Assembly (NCBI GenBank): GCA_045632485.1 | Contig: JAZQWT010000155.1 | Location: 7,626 to 71,625, forward strand | Reading direction: 5' to 3' | Length of the DNA stretch: 64,000 nt | DNA from: Acutalibacteraceae bacterium | Lineage (GTDB): Bacteria > Bacillota > Clostridia > Oscillospirales > Acutalibacteraceae | Notes under the pieces: model-generated | Database searches by the model: none | What the model saw: the letters and a program-made list of their open reading frames with translations, nothing else | What the model was told of the DNA's origin: nothing | Shown here: positions 26,202 to 34,880 of the stretch, piece by piece | Layout: every line of letters starts with the position of its first letter | Numbering within the stretch: position 1 is the first letter of the stretch | Translations under genes and position numbers: made by a program

Positions 26202-26401
26202 TTCCTCTGCTCCTTTGCTCTTATTTCCTCAGACAAGGATTTTAAGGTTTCATAATGCCCGTACATAAACTCTCCATAGCGATTATGCCGACTGTCATAT
26301 TGTAGCCACAAGCATATTGAAGCAAGAGTTTCTAAGACTTCGTGCTGTATTCTTCTTTGCAAAGAAAAGTATTCTCTTATTCTCTTAATCATTTTCAGCA
26401 C
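26198..26401 (-). CDS. Hypothetical protein
   Basis: 67-aa ORF in the coupled chain. Confidence 0.45.
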   Translation of the reverse strand: MLKMIKRIREYFSLQRRIQHEVLETLASICLWLQYDSRHNRYGEFMYGHYETLKSLSEEIRAKEQRK

Positions 26402-26663
26402 CTACCCCTAAATACTCTTGAAAATCACAGGGCAAAACTCCTTTTTTAAATACACAATAGCCTGTTTCTTTATCAAGTAATCGGCACTTGTCACATACTG
26501 TGTGTTTATTGCAATATCCTGTGAGTATCTGAAGAGCCTTATCAACACTTAGTTCTTCATTACTGTAAACACACTCAGCACATCTTATGTTGTGTTCGCA
26601 AGTGTTACAGTCTTTTACGCCAACTTCTATTTTCTGCTTCTTTTTTGCTTTTATTTTCATCAT
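26385..26663 (-). CDS. Cys-rich hypothetical protein
   Basis: ATG 26663 after an AGGAGGGCGA SD. CNTCEHNIRCAEC...CDKC. Confidence 0.45.
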   Translation of the reverse strand: MMKIKAKKKQKIEVGVKDCNTCEHNIRCAECVYSNEELSVDKALQILTGYCNKHTVCDKCRLLDKETGYCVFKKGVLPCDFQEYLGVGAEND

Positions 26664-26869
26664 TCGCCCTCCTGTATGCGTTTGTTCCATTGCTCTATTT
26701 TGTGCGGATTACTGTAAAAATGAAATCTGACATAATCAAGCAAACAATTTTTGTAAGGGTGACAATAAACATCAACTTCCCCTGTACGACCTGTTCTTTC
26801 ATTTCTCCAAATTTCTTTTTTTGCAACCAATTCACAACCACAGAACGGACAAGGCTTCAAATCAATCAT
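26660..26869 (-). CDS. Lar-like restriction-alleviation-family protein (paralogue 3 of 4)
   Basis: MIDLKPCPFCGCE... with C-terminal IEQWNKR. Confidence 0.55.
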   Translation of the reverse strand: MIDLKPCPFCGCELVAKKEIWRNERTGRTGEVDVYCHPYKNCLLDYVRFHFYSNPHKIEQWNKRIQEGE

Positions 26870-27183
26870 TCCGTATCACCTGCCATTTCTTTTACAATTA
26901 TTTTTTTGTATTCTCTTGCGGCTTCTGCTTGTGAATACTCCATATTAAAAAGAGTAATAATTTTCTCTGCAAACATATCAGCAAACTCCCTAAACGCTTC
27001 CGATTGCTTTCTCTGTAACTCCTGCCCGTACACATTCAGGTTCGTTTTCAGGCGGTCTATTTCAAGGTTTTTTGCTTTGATTAACTCAAAACTTTCTCTG
27101 CAAAGTGTATCTCTGTACATACGCAGTTCCAATGCAGACATTACTTCTTCTTCGGTGTAGTTTTTGTCACTCATTGTCGGCAC
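26866..27183 (-). CDS. Hypothetical coiled-coil protein
   Basis: 105-aa ORF, coupled to neighbours. Confidence 0.5.
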   Translation of the reverse strand: MPTMSDKNYTEEEVMSALELRMYRDTLCRESFELIKAKNLEIDRLKTNLNVYGQELQRKQSEAFREFADMFAEKIITLFNMEYSQAEAAREYKKIIVKEMAGDTE

Positions 27184-27499
27184 TCTCCATTTCCGTTACA
27201 GTTTCGTCAATAGTATCTATCACAGAAAATAATGCTCTGTGCTGTAGTTTATCTTTAAATTTTTTAGCAAACTCTTTTATTGTTTGGGTTCTTGTAATTT
27301 TGTATGCAAAAATAACTTCATTCCTCAACCTTTCAATATCTGCCTTTTGGCAGTTATTCTCTTCTTTTTGGTTATACATAGTGTTCCACGCAAAAGAGAG
27401 AAGCATATTTTTACAATTCGGTTTACCTTGTAATGAACAATTTTTGCAATAATTATCTGCACAACACCTTGTATTTTTCATAACTTCTGCATCGGTCAC
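27167..27499 (-). CDS. Cys-rich hypothetical protein
   Basis: 110 aa with CCADNYCKNC. Confidence 0.5.
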   Translation of the reverse strand: MTDAEVMKNTRCCADNYCKNCSLQGKPNCKNMLLSFAWNTMYNQKEENNCQKADIERLRNEVIFAYKITRTQTIKEFAKKFKDKLQHRALFSVIDTIDETVTEMESADNE

Positions 27500-27503
27500 T
27501 ATT

Positions 27504-27896
27504 TCACACCGCCTTTACTGAATTTTCAATAACAGATAAATCAAAGCCGCTCTTTACAAACATTTCTGCGAGTGAGTGCTTTATGCCGTTACCCAAATAA
27601 GTGTAAATATAGTTCATTTGCTCAACCGTAAAATTTGTTCCGCATATGTAATTAAAAGCATCGGTATTCTCCTGCCAATATCTTTCAAGTCTTTTATTCT
27701 GCGAATATCTCAATGCACAACAACAGTCACGGCTTAACCATTCACAAAGTTTCACCTTAAAATCATCGTCCGTTTCCACATCGTCAAGCAAAGTGTAAAC
27801 ATTGAATTTAGGTATCAGAATAATTTCGTTGTTATGATTTATAAAACTTCCTTTGAGATATTTAAGTGCTTTCTGCACGGTTTCAAGCATTTTCAT
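27504..27896 (-). CDS. Hypothetical protein
   Basis: ATG 27896 in an ATGA overlap after a GGAGAACC SD. Confidence 0.5.
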   Translation of the reverse strand: MKMLETVQKALKYLKGSFINHNNEIILIPKFNVYTLLDDVETDDDFKVKLCEWLSRDCCCALRYSQNKRLERYWQENTDAFNYICGTNFTVEQMNYIYTYLGNGIKHSLAEMFVKSGFDLSVIENSVKAV

Positions 27897-28210
27897 TTCG
27901 GTTCTCCTATGTCGATATGCAATGTTTCCTTGCATAACTGTCTTTCCTCGTTATAAGCCTTTATGTATTCTTCCGTACTTTTGGCTTTTTCGGTTATGGT
28001 GTAGCCGTTTATCAAGTAGTTGCTGTCCTCTCCGATTTCACAGTATCTATCAGCAACAACAAGCCCTTGTTTTTTTAATTTCTTCAGTTCTTTTCTTGTC
28101 TGATAGAGTGACATTTCGCAAACTTTACTCAATACTGTTGACGGGTAAGGAATCCAACCGTTCATTATGCAAACACAATGACGGCAAAGGTGATAAAGAA
28201 CATTATTCAT
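27893..28210 (-). CDS. Winged-helix-like hypothetical protein
   Basis: ATG 28210 after an AGGAGAAAAC SD is preferred over the track start at 28309. Confidence 0.45.
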   Translation of the reverse strand: MNNVLYHLCRHCVCIMNGWIPYPSTVLSKVCEMSLYQTRKELKKLKKQGLVVADRYCEIGEDSNYLINGYTITEKAKSTEEYIKAYNEERQLCKETLHIDIGEPK

Positions 28211-28232
28211 CTTGTTTTCTCCTGTTATGGCA

Positions 28233-28811
28233 TTAAACCAATCGCCTGTCATATCTTGCGTAGTTCTCAGCCCAAACAAAAATATTCTTATTCTCTTTGC
28301 CGTAAACACTGAGGAACTTTCGATATTTTCTTTTTAACGGCAACATTTCTTCCTTATAAATATCACTGTTAATGCTTCCCCAAATATCAATGAAAATCGT
28401 GTCATATTTTTCTTTTGTTTCAAACTCAAAACAGTCTTGACAGATAACATTTAATTTATTGTGAGTATCATACTTTTTTATTTGAGGGAGAACGCAATCA
28501 ATAACATCTTGATACTTTTCTATTATTGTAATAGACTTGACTTTTTCACTTTCAAGCAAGGGCATTATAACCAATCCGATACCCAAGCCACATATAAGTA
28601 CATCACCGTAAGAGTTTAGTACAAATTCTGATGATGTTCTTTTTTCCATAGGTGTATTTGACATCATTAACTCGTTATCAACTATAAGTCTGACATATTC
28701 TCCCGTGGGTATTCGTTGTAGCATAGCCTGCAATCCCTCGGCTCTGAACTTTTGCAATCTAACTACACCTTGCTCTTTTTCTTCTAATATTTCACACATA
28801 TTTTTATACAT
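28233..28811 (-). CDS. Class I SAM-dependent methyltransferase-fold protein
   Basis: GDVLICGLGIGLV (GxGxG) followed by ITIIEK and IFIDIW strands. Adjacent to the DNA methyltransferase gene. Confidence 0.45.
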   Translation of the reverse strand: MYKNMCEILEEKEQGVVRLQKFRAEGLQAMLQRIPTGEYVRLIVDNELMMSNTPMEKRTSSEFVLNSYGDVLICGLGIGLVIMPLLESEKVKSITIIEKYQDVIDCVLPQIKKYDTHNKLNVICQDCFEFETKEKYDTIFIDIWGSINSDIYKEEMLPLKRKYRKFLSVYGKENKNIFVWAENYARYDRRLV

Positions 28812-28816
28812 CTTAT

Positions 28817-30631
28817 TTACCCCTCCAACATCAACACCTGATTATTAACGACAGGTGCAAGATAATAGTTTGAATTTTCCAAAATATTATTATATGCTTT
28901 CTCGCCCTGAAAACTATCTACAACCGCTTTTTCTTCGGCTGTCATATCCTTATACTTTGTTTTGCCGTAGTTTGGCGGCAACCATTTTTTATACTGTGCT
29001 GCATATATGTTAAATCGCTCTATCAGTTCGGGGCAATTAAACACTAAATGCACCGTACCCTTTTTATAGAAAGTAGCACTGAAGTATTTTAATTCGATAT
29101 TCTTTGTAATGCCCCGATTAAAACAACTTTCAAGAGTTCCCCAAAAGTCCACTTCCCGTGACATACCACCGTCAAAGAAATTGAAAATTCTTTCAATATC
29201 TTCTAATACACCTTTGACATTATATGTGCGTGGTCTGCCGTCCCAACTATCAAAAACACCGTAACAAGGTATGATAACCTTTTTGTCAATTTTGTGTGCT
29301 TTGTTGGTTTTCCAACCGTCATATAAGTGCCTATTTTTTGAACACTCAGGATAATATGAATGTTCCTCAGTTAAGCGGTCAAACATTTTGATAATTTCAT
29401 CTTCTATACCCGATTTGATTTTTGAGTTTATTTCATTATGAAGTGTACGAATATTAAACTCTGTAAAATCATATTCTTTGAGTTTATCAACCATTGACTG
29501 ATATTCACTTTGTAATTTGCTTGTAAGTTTTCCAACAAACTGTTTATTTGAAAGTAAGGCTCTCCAATATTTCAGCCGTACTAATTTTACATACTCATTT
29601 GTAGAAACATCATCATAAGAACGGTTATATTCAACGGTTAATCTCAAAATCGGTGCTTTAGATTCATATTCACGGGTTACTGTGCCGTCTGCATTTCTCT
29701 TTTCCACCGTATCAAATGAACGCAACATATACGGCTTTAATGCACGGTATTGTCTTATCAGTTCAAGACCTGCTTTTATCTCAACATTAAACTGATTTAT
29801 AGCCGCTTTAATAAAATCTGTAACATCAAGTTCTGTTGCTTCGGGAGCAAAATCTTCTATTTCTGCTGCTTCTTTCAATCGGTTATATATGTCGCTTTCT
29901 TCCTGTACTTTCTCAATGGAAACCTTAATCAAGGCAACTTCAACGCCTGTTCTTCGCTCTGCTGATACAAAGGCATCGTTTATATATGTTATCGTTGCAT
30001 TGTGCTTATTAAGAAGATTAATTAACTCTCTGCGTGTATCTGTGTAGGGGTTTTTGATTGTTTCGGCATTAAGCAAGCAAATAATACTGCCGCCCTTTTC
30101 CTGTATTTTTAATGCTTTCAAAAGGTGCTTATCGCCGTTTGAAAATGGGGGATTCATAACAATAAGGTCATACTGCTTATAGGGGGAATAAGTAAGAAAA
30201 TCATCGTGAACAATATGTATGCCGTTCTCAAAGAATGTCAATCTCTCTGCTTTAAGAGTTCGATATTCCCGTGCAAGTGTCGGTGTAAGTTCTTCATATT
30301 TATGTAATTCTCTGTTGTAAACACGGCTTTTTTCAATTTCGTTTTCTCTGCTCAGTATTTCTCTTTTTCTCTCTGCTGAAAAATTGTATTTAAGTATCGC
30401 CCGCAAATTCGGGTCAATCTCTATACAGTCAACATCAAATTTCACACATCTGTGTAAATTCTCTTTCTCTGCCAATACTCGCAAAATATCGCCTTTGCCT
30501 GCTGACGGCTCTAATATAGTATGAATAAAATCCCAATTTACACCCGCCAACATTTCTTTTACAAGGCTTTCGGGTGTCGGGTAAAATTCGCTTGTCTGCT
30601 CATTTTCTACAATTTGTAATATATTGCTCAT
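28817..30631 (-). CDS. N6-adenine DNA methyltransferase (gamma-type, large)
   Basis: Motif I LEPSAGKGDIL and motif IV VMNPPF. 604 aa with a long C-terminal target-recognition region. Confidence 0.75.
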   Translation of the reverse strand: MSNILQIVENEQTSEFYPTPESLVKEMLAGVNWDFIHTILEPSAGKGDILRVLAEKENLHRCVKFDVDCIEIDPNLRAILKYNFSAERKREILSRENEIEKSRVYNRELHKYEELTPTLAREYRTLKAERLTFFENGIHIVHDDFLTYSPYKQYDLIVMNPPFSNGDKHLLKALKIQEKGGSIICLLNAETIKNPYTDTRRELINLLNKHNATITYINDAFVSAERRTGVEVALIKVSIEKVQEESDIYNRLKEAAEIEDFAPEATELDVTDFIKAAINQFNVEIKAGLELIRQYRALKPYMLRSFDTVEKRNADGTVTREYESKAPILRLTVEYNRSYDDVSTNEYVKLVRLKYWRALLSNKQFVGKLTSKLQSEYQSMVDKLKEYDFTEFNIRTLHNEINSKIKSGIEDEIIKMFDRLTEEHSYYPECSKNRHLYDGWKTNKAHKIDKKVIIPCYGVFDSWDGRPRTYNVKGVLEDIERIFNFFDGGMSREVDFWGTLESCFNRGITKNIELKYFSATFYKKGTVHLVFNCPELIERFNIYAAQYKKWLPPNYGKTKYKDMTAEEKAVVDSFQGEKAYNNILENSNYYLAPVVNNQVLMLEG

Positions 30632-30649
30632 TACTTTTACCTCTTTTTT

Positions 30650-30766
30650 GCTTCAGGCGGTTTACCCGCCGCCCTCGGTGCTTTCTTTTAATGCCTTTTG
30701 ATTATCGGGTTTGTGACCGTCTATCTGACCGCATTAACAGCCCTTCGGCTGCCACTCTGCGTTTAT
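30650..30766 (-). repeat. CGCAGAGUG-box pseudoknot-like element, copy A, plus GGGCGGCGG hairpin
   Basis: RNA UAA-ACGCAGAGUGG-CAGCC GAAG GGCUG-UUAAUGCGG-UCAGAUAGAC-GGUCACAAACCC, then GGCGG-GUAAA-CCGCC before the methyltransferase SD. Confidence 0.6.
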
Positions 30767-30951
30767 TGTGCTTTTTTTATTCTTATTAGTATCATTTCAT
30801 AACCTTCATTGTAACCAATTTCGATTAACTTTTTGTTGACTTCATCAAGATATAATAAACCGCTTCTGCACCCTTCGATTTTATAAGCACTGTCAAGCAA
30901 TCTCCATTTGTCGCTTTCTTCTCATATCACTTCTTCTATTCTATCAGTCAT
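30763..30951 (-). pseudogene. Small ORF with an in-frame TGA at codon 10
   Basis: Strong SD (AGAGAGGTAATAAAAATG). MTDRIEEVI-TGA, then 52 further open codons in the same frame to TAA at 30763. Confidence 0.3.
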
Positions 30952-30967
30952 TTTTATTACCTCTCTT

Positions 30968-31168
30968 TTATTCTACGGCTTCAAGTTCAAACACAAGATT
31001 ATCATTGTAGCGATATTCATATTTAAGGCGTTCTATAATCTTTTTTGCACCTTGTTTTGAAAACTGCCAACATAAATTTTTATCGTATGCAAAGCCCTCT
31101 ATACATTTATAGCGTTTATAAAACACCTTATTTACTCTCTTGTCTGTTATTTTGATATAGTATTTCAT
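30968..31168 (-). CDS. Hypothetical protein
   Basis: 66-aa ORF with SD. Confidence 0.5.
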   Translation of the reverse strand: MKYYIKITDKRVNKVFYKRYKCIEGFAYDKNLCWQFSKQGAKKIIERLKYEYRYNDNLVFELEAVE

Positions 31169-31183
31169 CTTGCTTACCTCTCT

Positions 31184-31339
31184 TTAGTTAATCACTGTAA
31201 AATCGGCTACCGCTGCGATTGCTTCGCTTAAAAACATATAGCCCGTTGAGTTTACATCTTGTTTTTCAAGTTCGTTTCTCAGTGCCGTCATTATCGTTTC
31301 AAGTTCGCTCAAAGTACATTCAATCTTATATTCTTTCAT
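31184..31339 (-). CDS. Small hypothetical protein
   Basis: ATG 31339 after AAAGAGAGGTATATAGATATG. First gene after promoter cassette copy 2. Confidence 0.5.
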   Translation of the reverse strand: MKEYKIECTLSELETIMTALRNELEKQDVNSTGYMFLSEAIAAVADFTVIN

Positions 31340-31364
31340 ATCTATATACCTCTCTTTTACTTTG

Positions 31365-31440
31365 TGTCTACAATATAGCACTTTTGTAAGACAATGTTAA
31401 TAGATAAACTGTAAAAGAATTGTAAACAAACTGTGAACAA
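31365..31440 (-). promoter_or_regulatory. Promoter cassette copy 2
   Basis: TTAACA-17-TATATT with upstream repeats TTGTTCACAGT, TTGTTTACAAT and TCTTTTACAGT. Confidence 0.55.
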
Positions 31441-31460
31441 TAGTTACAAAGCGACTCATT

Positions 31461-31835
31461 TTATGCAGGCTCAAATTTCACTACAACACAATCTCTGTCA
31501 CTGTCAACAATGGTATGATAGACTTGTTTTACATATCGCCTGTTATCGTTTGGCAGCACACCATTTTTCACAAGGGCATCTAATATAAATTTTGCACTGC
31601 TCTGAATGTTATCCACATCACGCCGCTTCGTTTTCTCGCACCAATTTATATATACCACAACGGGTTCATTTATTTTTTTTAACTTTCCACTTGCAAGAGC
31701 AAGTTTAATTTCCCAACCGATTGCTGCTTCAATTTCTGTTTTGATTCTTGCACCTTTTTGTCTGTTTGCTCGGTTTTGGTCTATCACTTCATTAAGAGAG
31801 GGCAACCGTCTGTTTATTTGAAAACAATTATCCAT
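31461..31835 (-). CDS. rusA: RusA-family Holliday junction resolvase
   Basis: RRDVDNIQSSAKFILDALVKNGVLPNDNRRYV matches the RusA D.DN..K...D.L...G...DD pattern. Confidence 0.6.
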   Translation of the reverse strand: MDNCFQINRRLPSLNEVIDQNRANRQKGARIKTEIEAAIGWEIKLALASGKLKKINEPVVVYINWCEKTKRRDVDNIQSSAKFILDALVKNGVLPNDNRRYVKQVYHTIVDSDRDCVVVKFEPA

Positions 31836-32483
31836 TTACTCACACCTTTGTTTTTTTCGTTTTGGGGTGCTTAGTGCTTTTTCTACACTCCAATTGTTTT
31901 TTAGGCGTTTCTCCAACACATCTCTATCAATTCCTGTTATAGAAGCCCATTCGCTGAGATTGTGCTTTTCGCCCTTATATTCATAAATTTTGTTGTTCCG
32001 TTTGTTGTTTTGTTGCTCTTTTGGTGTAGCCCACCGACAATTTGACGGCTCATAATTCCCGTTTACATCTTTGCGGTCTATTGTGAGATTATCTGCATAC
32101 CCGTTCTCAATAGCCCATTTATAGAATGGTTCAAACTCCTGCCATTCTTCGCACACGGCAATTCCCCTGCCGCCGTAATCTTCATAACTTTTGTGTTCTG
32201 TATAATAGCACCTTTGTTTCATAGAGTGCCATATATTGAACAATCTTGTGTTTGATTTATTGTGTTTTGCAAGAGCATTTACTTTATCAAGCGATTTTTC
32301 TATTCTAAAACAACCACAAGACTTTGTTCTGCCACACTGCAAACTGTTACCAAGTGTCAATATCTCTTTTCCACAATCGCATTTGCAAAGAAATAAACTT
32401 TTTCCATATTTATTTCTCCCTTGCGGTTTTACTACCGTAAGCCTGCCATATCTATTGCCTGTTAAATCCTTAAATACTGCCAT
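31836..32483 (-). CDS. HNH-type homing endonuclease (paralogue of 39010..39633)
   Basis: YGRLTV..CKCDCG N-terminus, LTIDRKDVNGNYEPSNCRWATPKEQQNN core, and a C-terminal HTH-like tail. Confidence 0.65.
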   Translation of the reverse strand: MAVFKDLTGNRYGRLTVVKPQGRNKYGKSLFLCKCDCGKEILTLGNSLQCGRTKSCGCFRIEKSLDKVNALAKHNKSNTRLFNIWHSMKQRCYYTEHKSYEDYGGRGIAVCEEWQEFEPFYKWAIENGYADNLTIDRKDVNGNYEPSNCRWATPKEQQNNKRNNKIYEYKGEKHNLSEWASITGIDRDVLEKRLKNNWSVEKALSTPKRKKQRCE

Positions 32484-32498
32484 ACTGTCATTCCTTTT

Positions 32499-33371
32499 TT
32501 ACAAACCCAAAAGATGTTGCATTTCGTCATATTCTTCCCTGATTTTTTTTCTTCGTCTGCTTTGCCCTTCCATTAAAACGGGGTGACAACGCTCCAACAC
32601 CCTATCATAAATCCTTTGTTTTCTGATGTTTTCAGGGTTCTTTAGTTCATCAATAGATAAGTTAGTTGTTATTATCATCGGCAAGGCGGCTCTGTATCTT
32701 GCATCTACAATTTGAAAAATTTGCTCGTTTATATATTCCGTATCTCTCTCTGATGATAAATCATCAATTACAAGCAACTCAAACTCATTAAGACTGTCTA
32801 TGTATTCCTGCCTGCCGTCAAATTTCCCCTGAATTATATTTGTGAGTCTTGCAAAGTTTGTTACCAATACGGGAATACCTTTATCTATTAACGCATTTGC
32901 AACCTCGCAGGCGGCATATGTTTTTCCTATACCCACTGTTCCGTAAAGGATTAATCCTTTGCCTTGTTTCCTAAACTCAGCGAAATTATCAACATACTTC
33001 TGCATCGCATTGGTTATTTTCGGGTTAGCCATATCATCGTTTGCAAAAGTCCAATTTTGCAAATCCCTGTCTTTGTCTTTATCGGCATCAGGAAAACCTA
33101 ATTTTCGCAATGTTTTTATTCGTTCTGCTTTTCTCTCCGCTTCGACTCTTGCTTTTTGTTCCGCTTCTTCTCTATCTCTTTTTTCTTCTGCACATTTACA
33201 TAAGCAATATGGAGTTCGCTCTTTTCCGAAAATAACAACCCTGCATTGTTTAGGAGTATTGCAATTACCACAGTATAAAAGTCCGTCTTGCCCCCTATAA
33301 TCGGACGGCTCTGTTTTTATGTTCTCTTTGGCTTTTGCTTCTAAATCATTAATAACACTTAATAAATCCAC
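32499..33371 (-). CDS. DnaC/IstB-like helicase loader ATPase
   Basis: Walker A GTVGIGKTY and Walker B LLVIDDL. N-terminal Cys cluster. Confidence 0.75.
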   Translation of the reverse strand: MDLLSVINDLEAKAKENIKTEPSDYRGQDGLLYCGNCNTPKQCRVVIFGKERTPYCLCKCAEEKRDREEAEQKARVEAERKAERIKTLRKLGFPDADKDKDRDLQNWTFANDDMANPKITNAMQKYVDNFAEFRKQGKGLILYGTVGIGKTYAACEVANALIDKGIPVLVTNFARLTNIIQGKFDGRQEYIDSLNEFELLVIDDLSSERDTEYINEQIFQIVDARYRAALPMIITTNLSIDELKNPENIRKQRIYDRVLERCHPVLMEGQSRRRKKIREEYDEMQHLLGL

Positions 33372-33392
33372 CGTTTACCGCCCTTTCTTCTT

Positions 33393-34304
33393 TTATCCGA
33401 GAAAATCTAAATCATCTTCAGCATACGGGTCAACCGCTATGCCGCTTCCGTTTGGTATGTAATACTTGCCGTTTCTGTACTCATAATTCTTGCCCTTAAT
33501 GGTTACAATACCTGCATTTACTTGCGGCTGATGTGATTTGTTTTCATAATTACCGTCAAGAACCTTTGCAAAGTTGCTATCCTTCAACAACCAATCAAAG
33601 TTAGCCTGCCAATTTCGGTTATTTGCACCTTTCAAGAAAGAACTTGCTTCTGCTTTTTCAAACATTTCTTTGAATTGCTCTACAGAATATGTATTAAGCC
33701 TTGCTTTTATTGCCTGTTTTCTTTTATCAGACAACACGGTTAAGCGTGGAAACGATATGCAAATATCGTTATACAAATCTTTGATTTGTTCATAATCTAT
33801 TCTTATTCTATTCTCTTTCTTATCTTCTTCTAATCTATTCTTATCTGTTGCATTACAATCCATTTCACAATCATTACTGTAATCATTACATTCTGAGTTT
33901 TCGGCAAGAAGTTTCTGCTTTTCTCTATGTTTTGCTACCCTCTGCCTGTTAAGTTCTTTTGCTTTTTCAAGTTTATCTAAACTCTGATGTTTCTCCCAAT
34001 TCGGAATAGTAATTGTTCCGTCAACAATCTCTATCATTCCGTATTGCTCAAACATCTTTAATGCAAGTCTTACCGTGTTAATAGGTCTGCGGAAAATCGT
34101 TGACAACATTTCATCGGTGTAGGCTATCCTATCGTTAAGCATAAACACACCTGAGTTGTTTTGTTTTCCTGCCATACAAAGCAATTTGAACCATATAACA
34201 ATTATTCCGTCTGCTTCGGGCATACTTTCAATGAGTATTATTTTTTCATCATTAAAAATATCTGTGCAAATCTTTATCCATTTTACATCAGCCAATTCGC
34301 CCAC
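33393..34304 (-). CDS. Phage replisome organiser / DnaD-like initiator
   Basis: N-terminal WIKICTDIFNDEKI...WFKLLCMAGK pattern of replisome organisers. Lies upstream of the loader gene. Confidence 0.7.
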   Translation of the reverse strand: MGELADVKWIKICTDIFNDEKIILIESMPEADGIIVIWFKLLCMAGKQNNSGVFMLNDRIAYTDEMLSTIFRRPINTVRLALKMFEQYGMIEIVDGTITIPNWEKHQSLDKLEKAKELNRQRVAKHREKQKLLAENSECNDYSNDCEMDCNATDKNRLEEDKKENRIRIDYEQIKDLYNDICISFPRLTVLSDKRKQAIKARLNTYSVEQFKEMFEKAEASSFLKGANNRNWQANFDWLLKDSNFAKVLDGNYENKSHQPQVNAGIVTIKGKNYEYRNGKYYIPNGSGIAVDPYAEDDLDFLG

Positions 34305-34470
34305 TCCTTTCCCTAAAACAAAATGGATTCTGCATATTTTTACTTATTAAGAAAAAAGGAAATTCTCCCATACGGAACAAATGACATTTGCCTAAATATT
34401 TTTCATTGGGGATTTCCTCAAAATGTGTGCAGTGCTTACACCTTATGCGGTTTGATATGTAGTCACCCAT
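34288..34470 (-). CDS. Small Cys/His-containing hypothetical protein
   Basis: ATG 34470 after AAAGGAAAGTAATAATG. First ORF after leader L1. Confidence 0.4.
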   Translation of the reverse strand: MGDYISNRIRCKHCTHFEEIPNEKYLGKCHLFRMGEFPFFLISKNMQNPFCFRERSGRIG

Positions 34471-34484
34471 TATTACTTTCCTTT

Positions 34485-34628
34485 CAAAATAAAAAGCGTA
34501 CCGTATGGAGTGTTAGCGGCACTCGCATACAATACGCCCTTGTGATAACAATATTTTCTTTACTGTGTAACAGCACCGCTAATACCGTTATCACAAGAAT
34601 ATTATATCGAAATAATGTAAAATGTCAA
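34485..34628 (-). promoter_or_regulatory. Consensus promoter + ~105-nt structured leader + intrinsic terminator (L1)
   Basis: TTGACA (34623-34628), 16 nt, TATAAT (34601-34606). An 11-bp helix CUUGUGAUAAC/GUUAUCACAAG. A long terminator hairpin plus UUUUUAUUUU (34485-34496). Confidence 0.55.
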
Positions 34629-34646
34629 TAAGTTTTGATAACTTCA

Positions 34647-34880
34647 TCAAAAATGTTTCATTCCGTCACCAAATGATGATACGCTTGAGGGTTCTTCGGT
34701 TTTGTTGTTTTCCCTGCTCTTTTCGTCACTTGATACCGACACAGAACCAAAAACGGCAGGTATTAAATACCACCAAAGCAAACCGTATTTATTGGAATAA
34801 ATAGCGGCTATCGTTATGCACACAATAAATGTCACCGTTACAATTCCGTGAAGTATTACACAGGTTTTTGTTGCGTTCAT
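34647..34880 (-). CDS. Small membrane protein
   Basis: 77 aa with two hydrophobic helices. Confidence 0.5.
   Translation of the reverse strand: MNATKTCVILHGIVTVTFIVCITIAAIYSNKYGLLWWYLIPAVFGSVSVSSDEKSRENNKTEEPSSVSSFGDGMKHF

Noticed and set aside
30650-30766. Assigning the repeated element to a known self-cleaving ribozyme or riboswitch class (hammerhead CUGAUGA/GAAA, twister, pistol, fluoride, c-di-GMP).
   Set aside because: I could not align the conserved boxes to any of those cores by eye, so it is left as an unclassified structured element.
30922-30924. Genome-wide UGA reassignment (code 4-like), suggested by the in-frame TGA.
   Set aside because: Standard-code translation gives intact, motif-complete proteins throughout, and several genes (for example 42391..42561 and the ATGA-coupled genes) clearly terminate at TGA.
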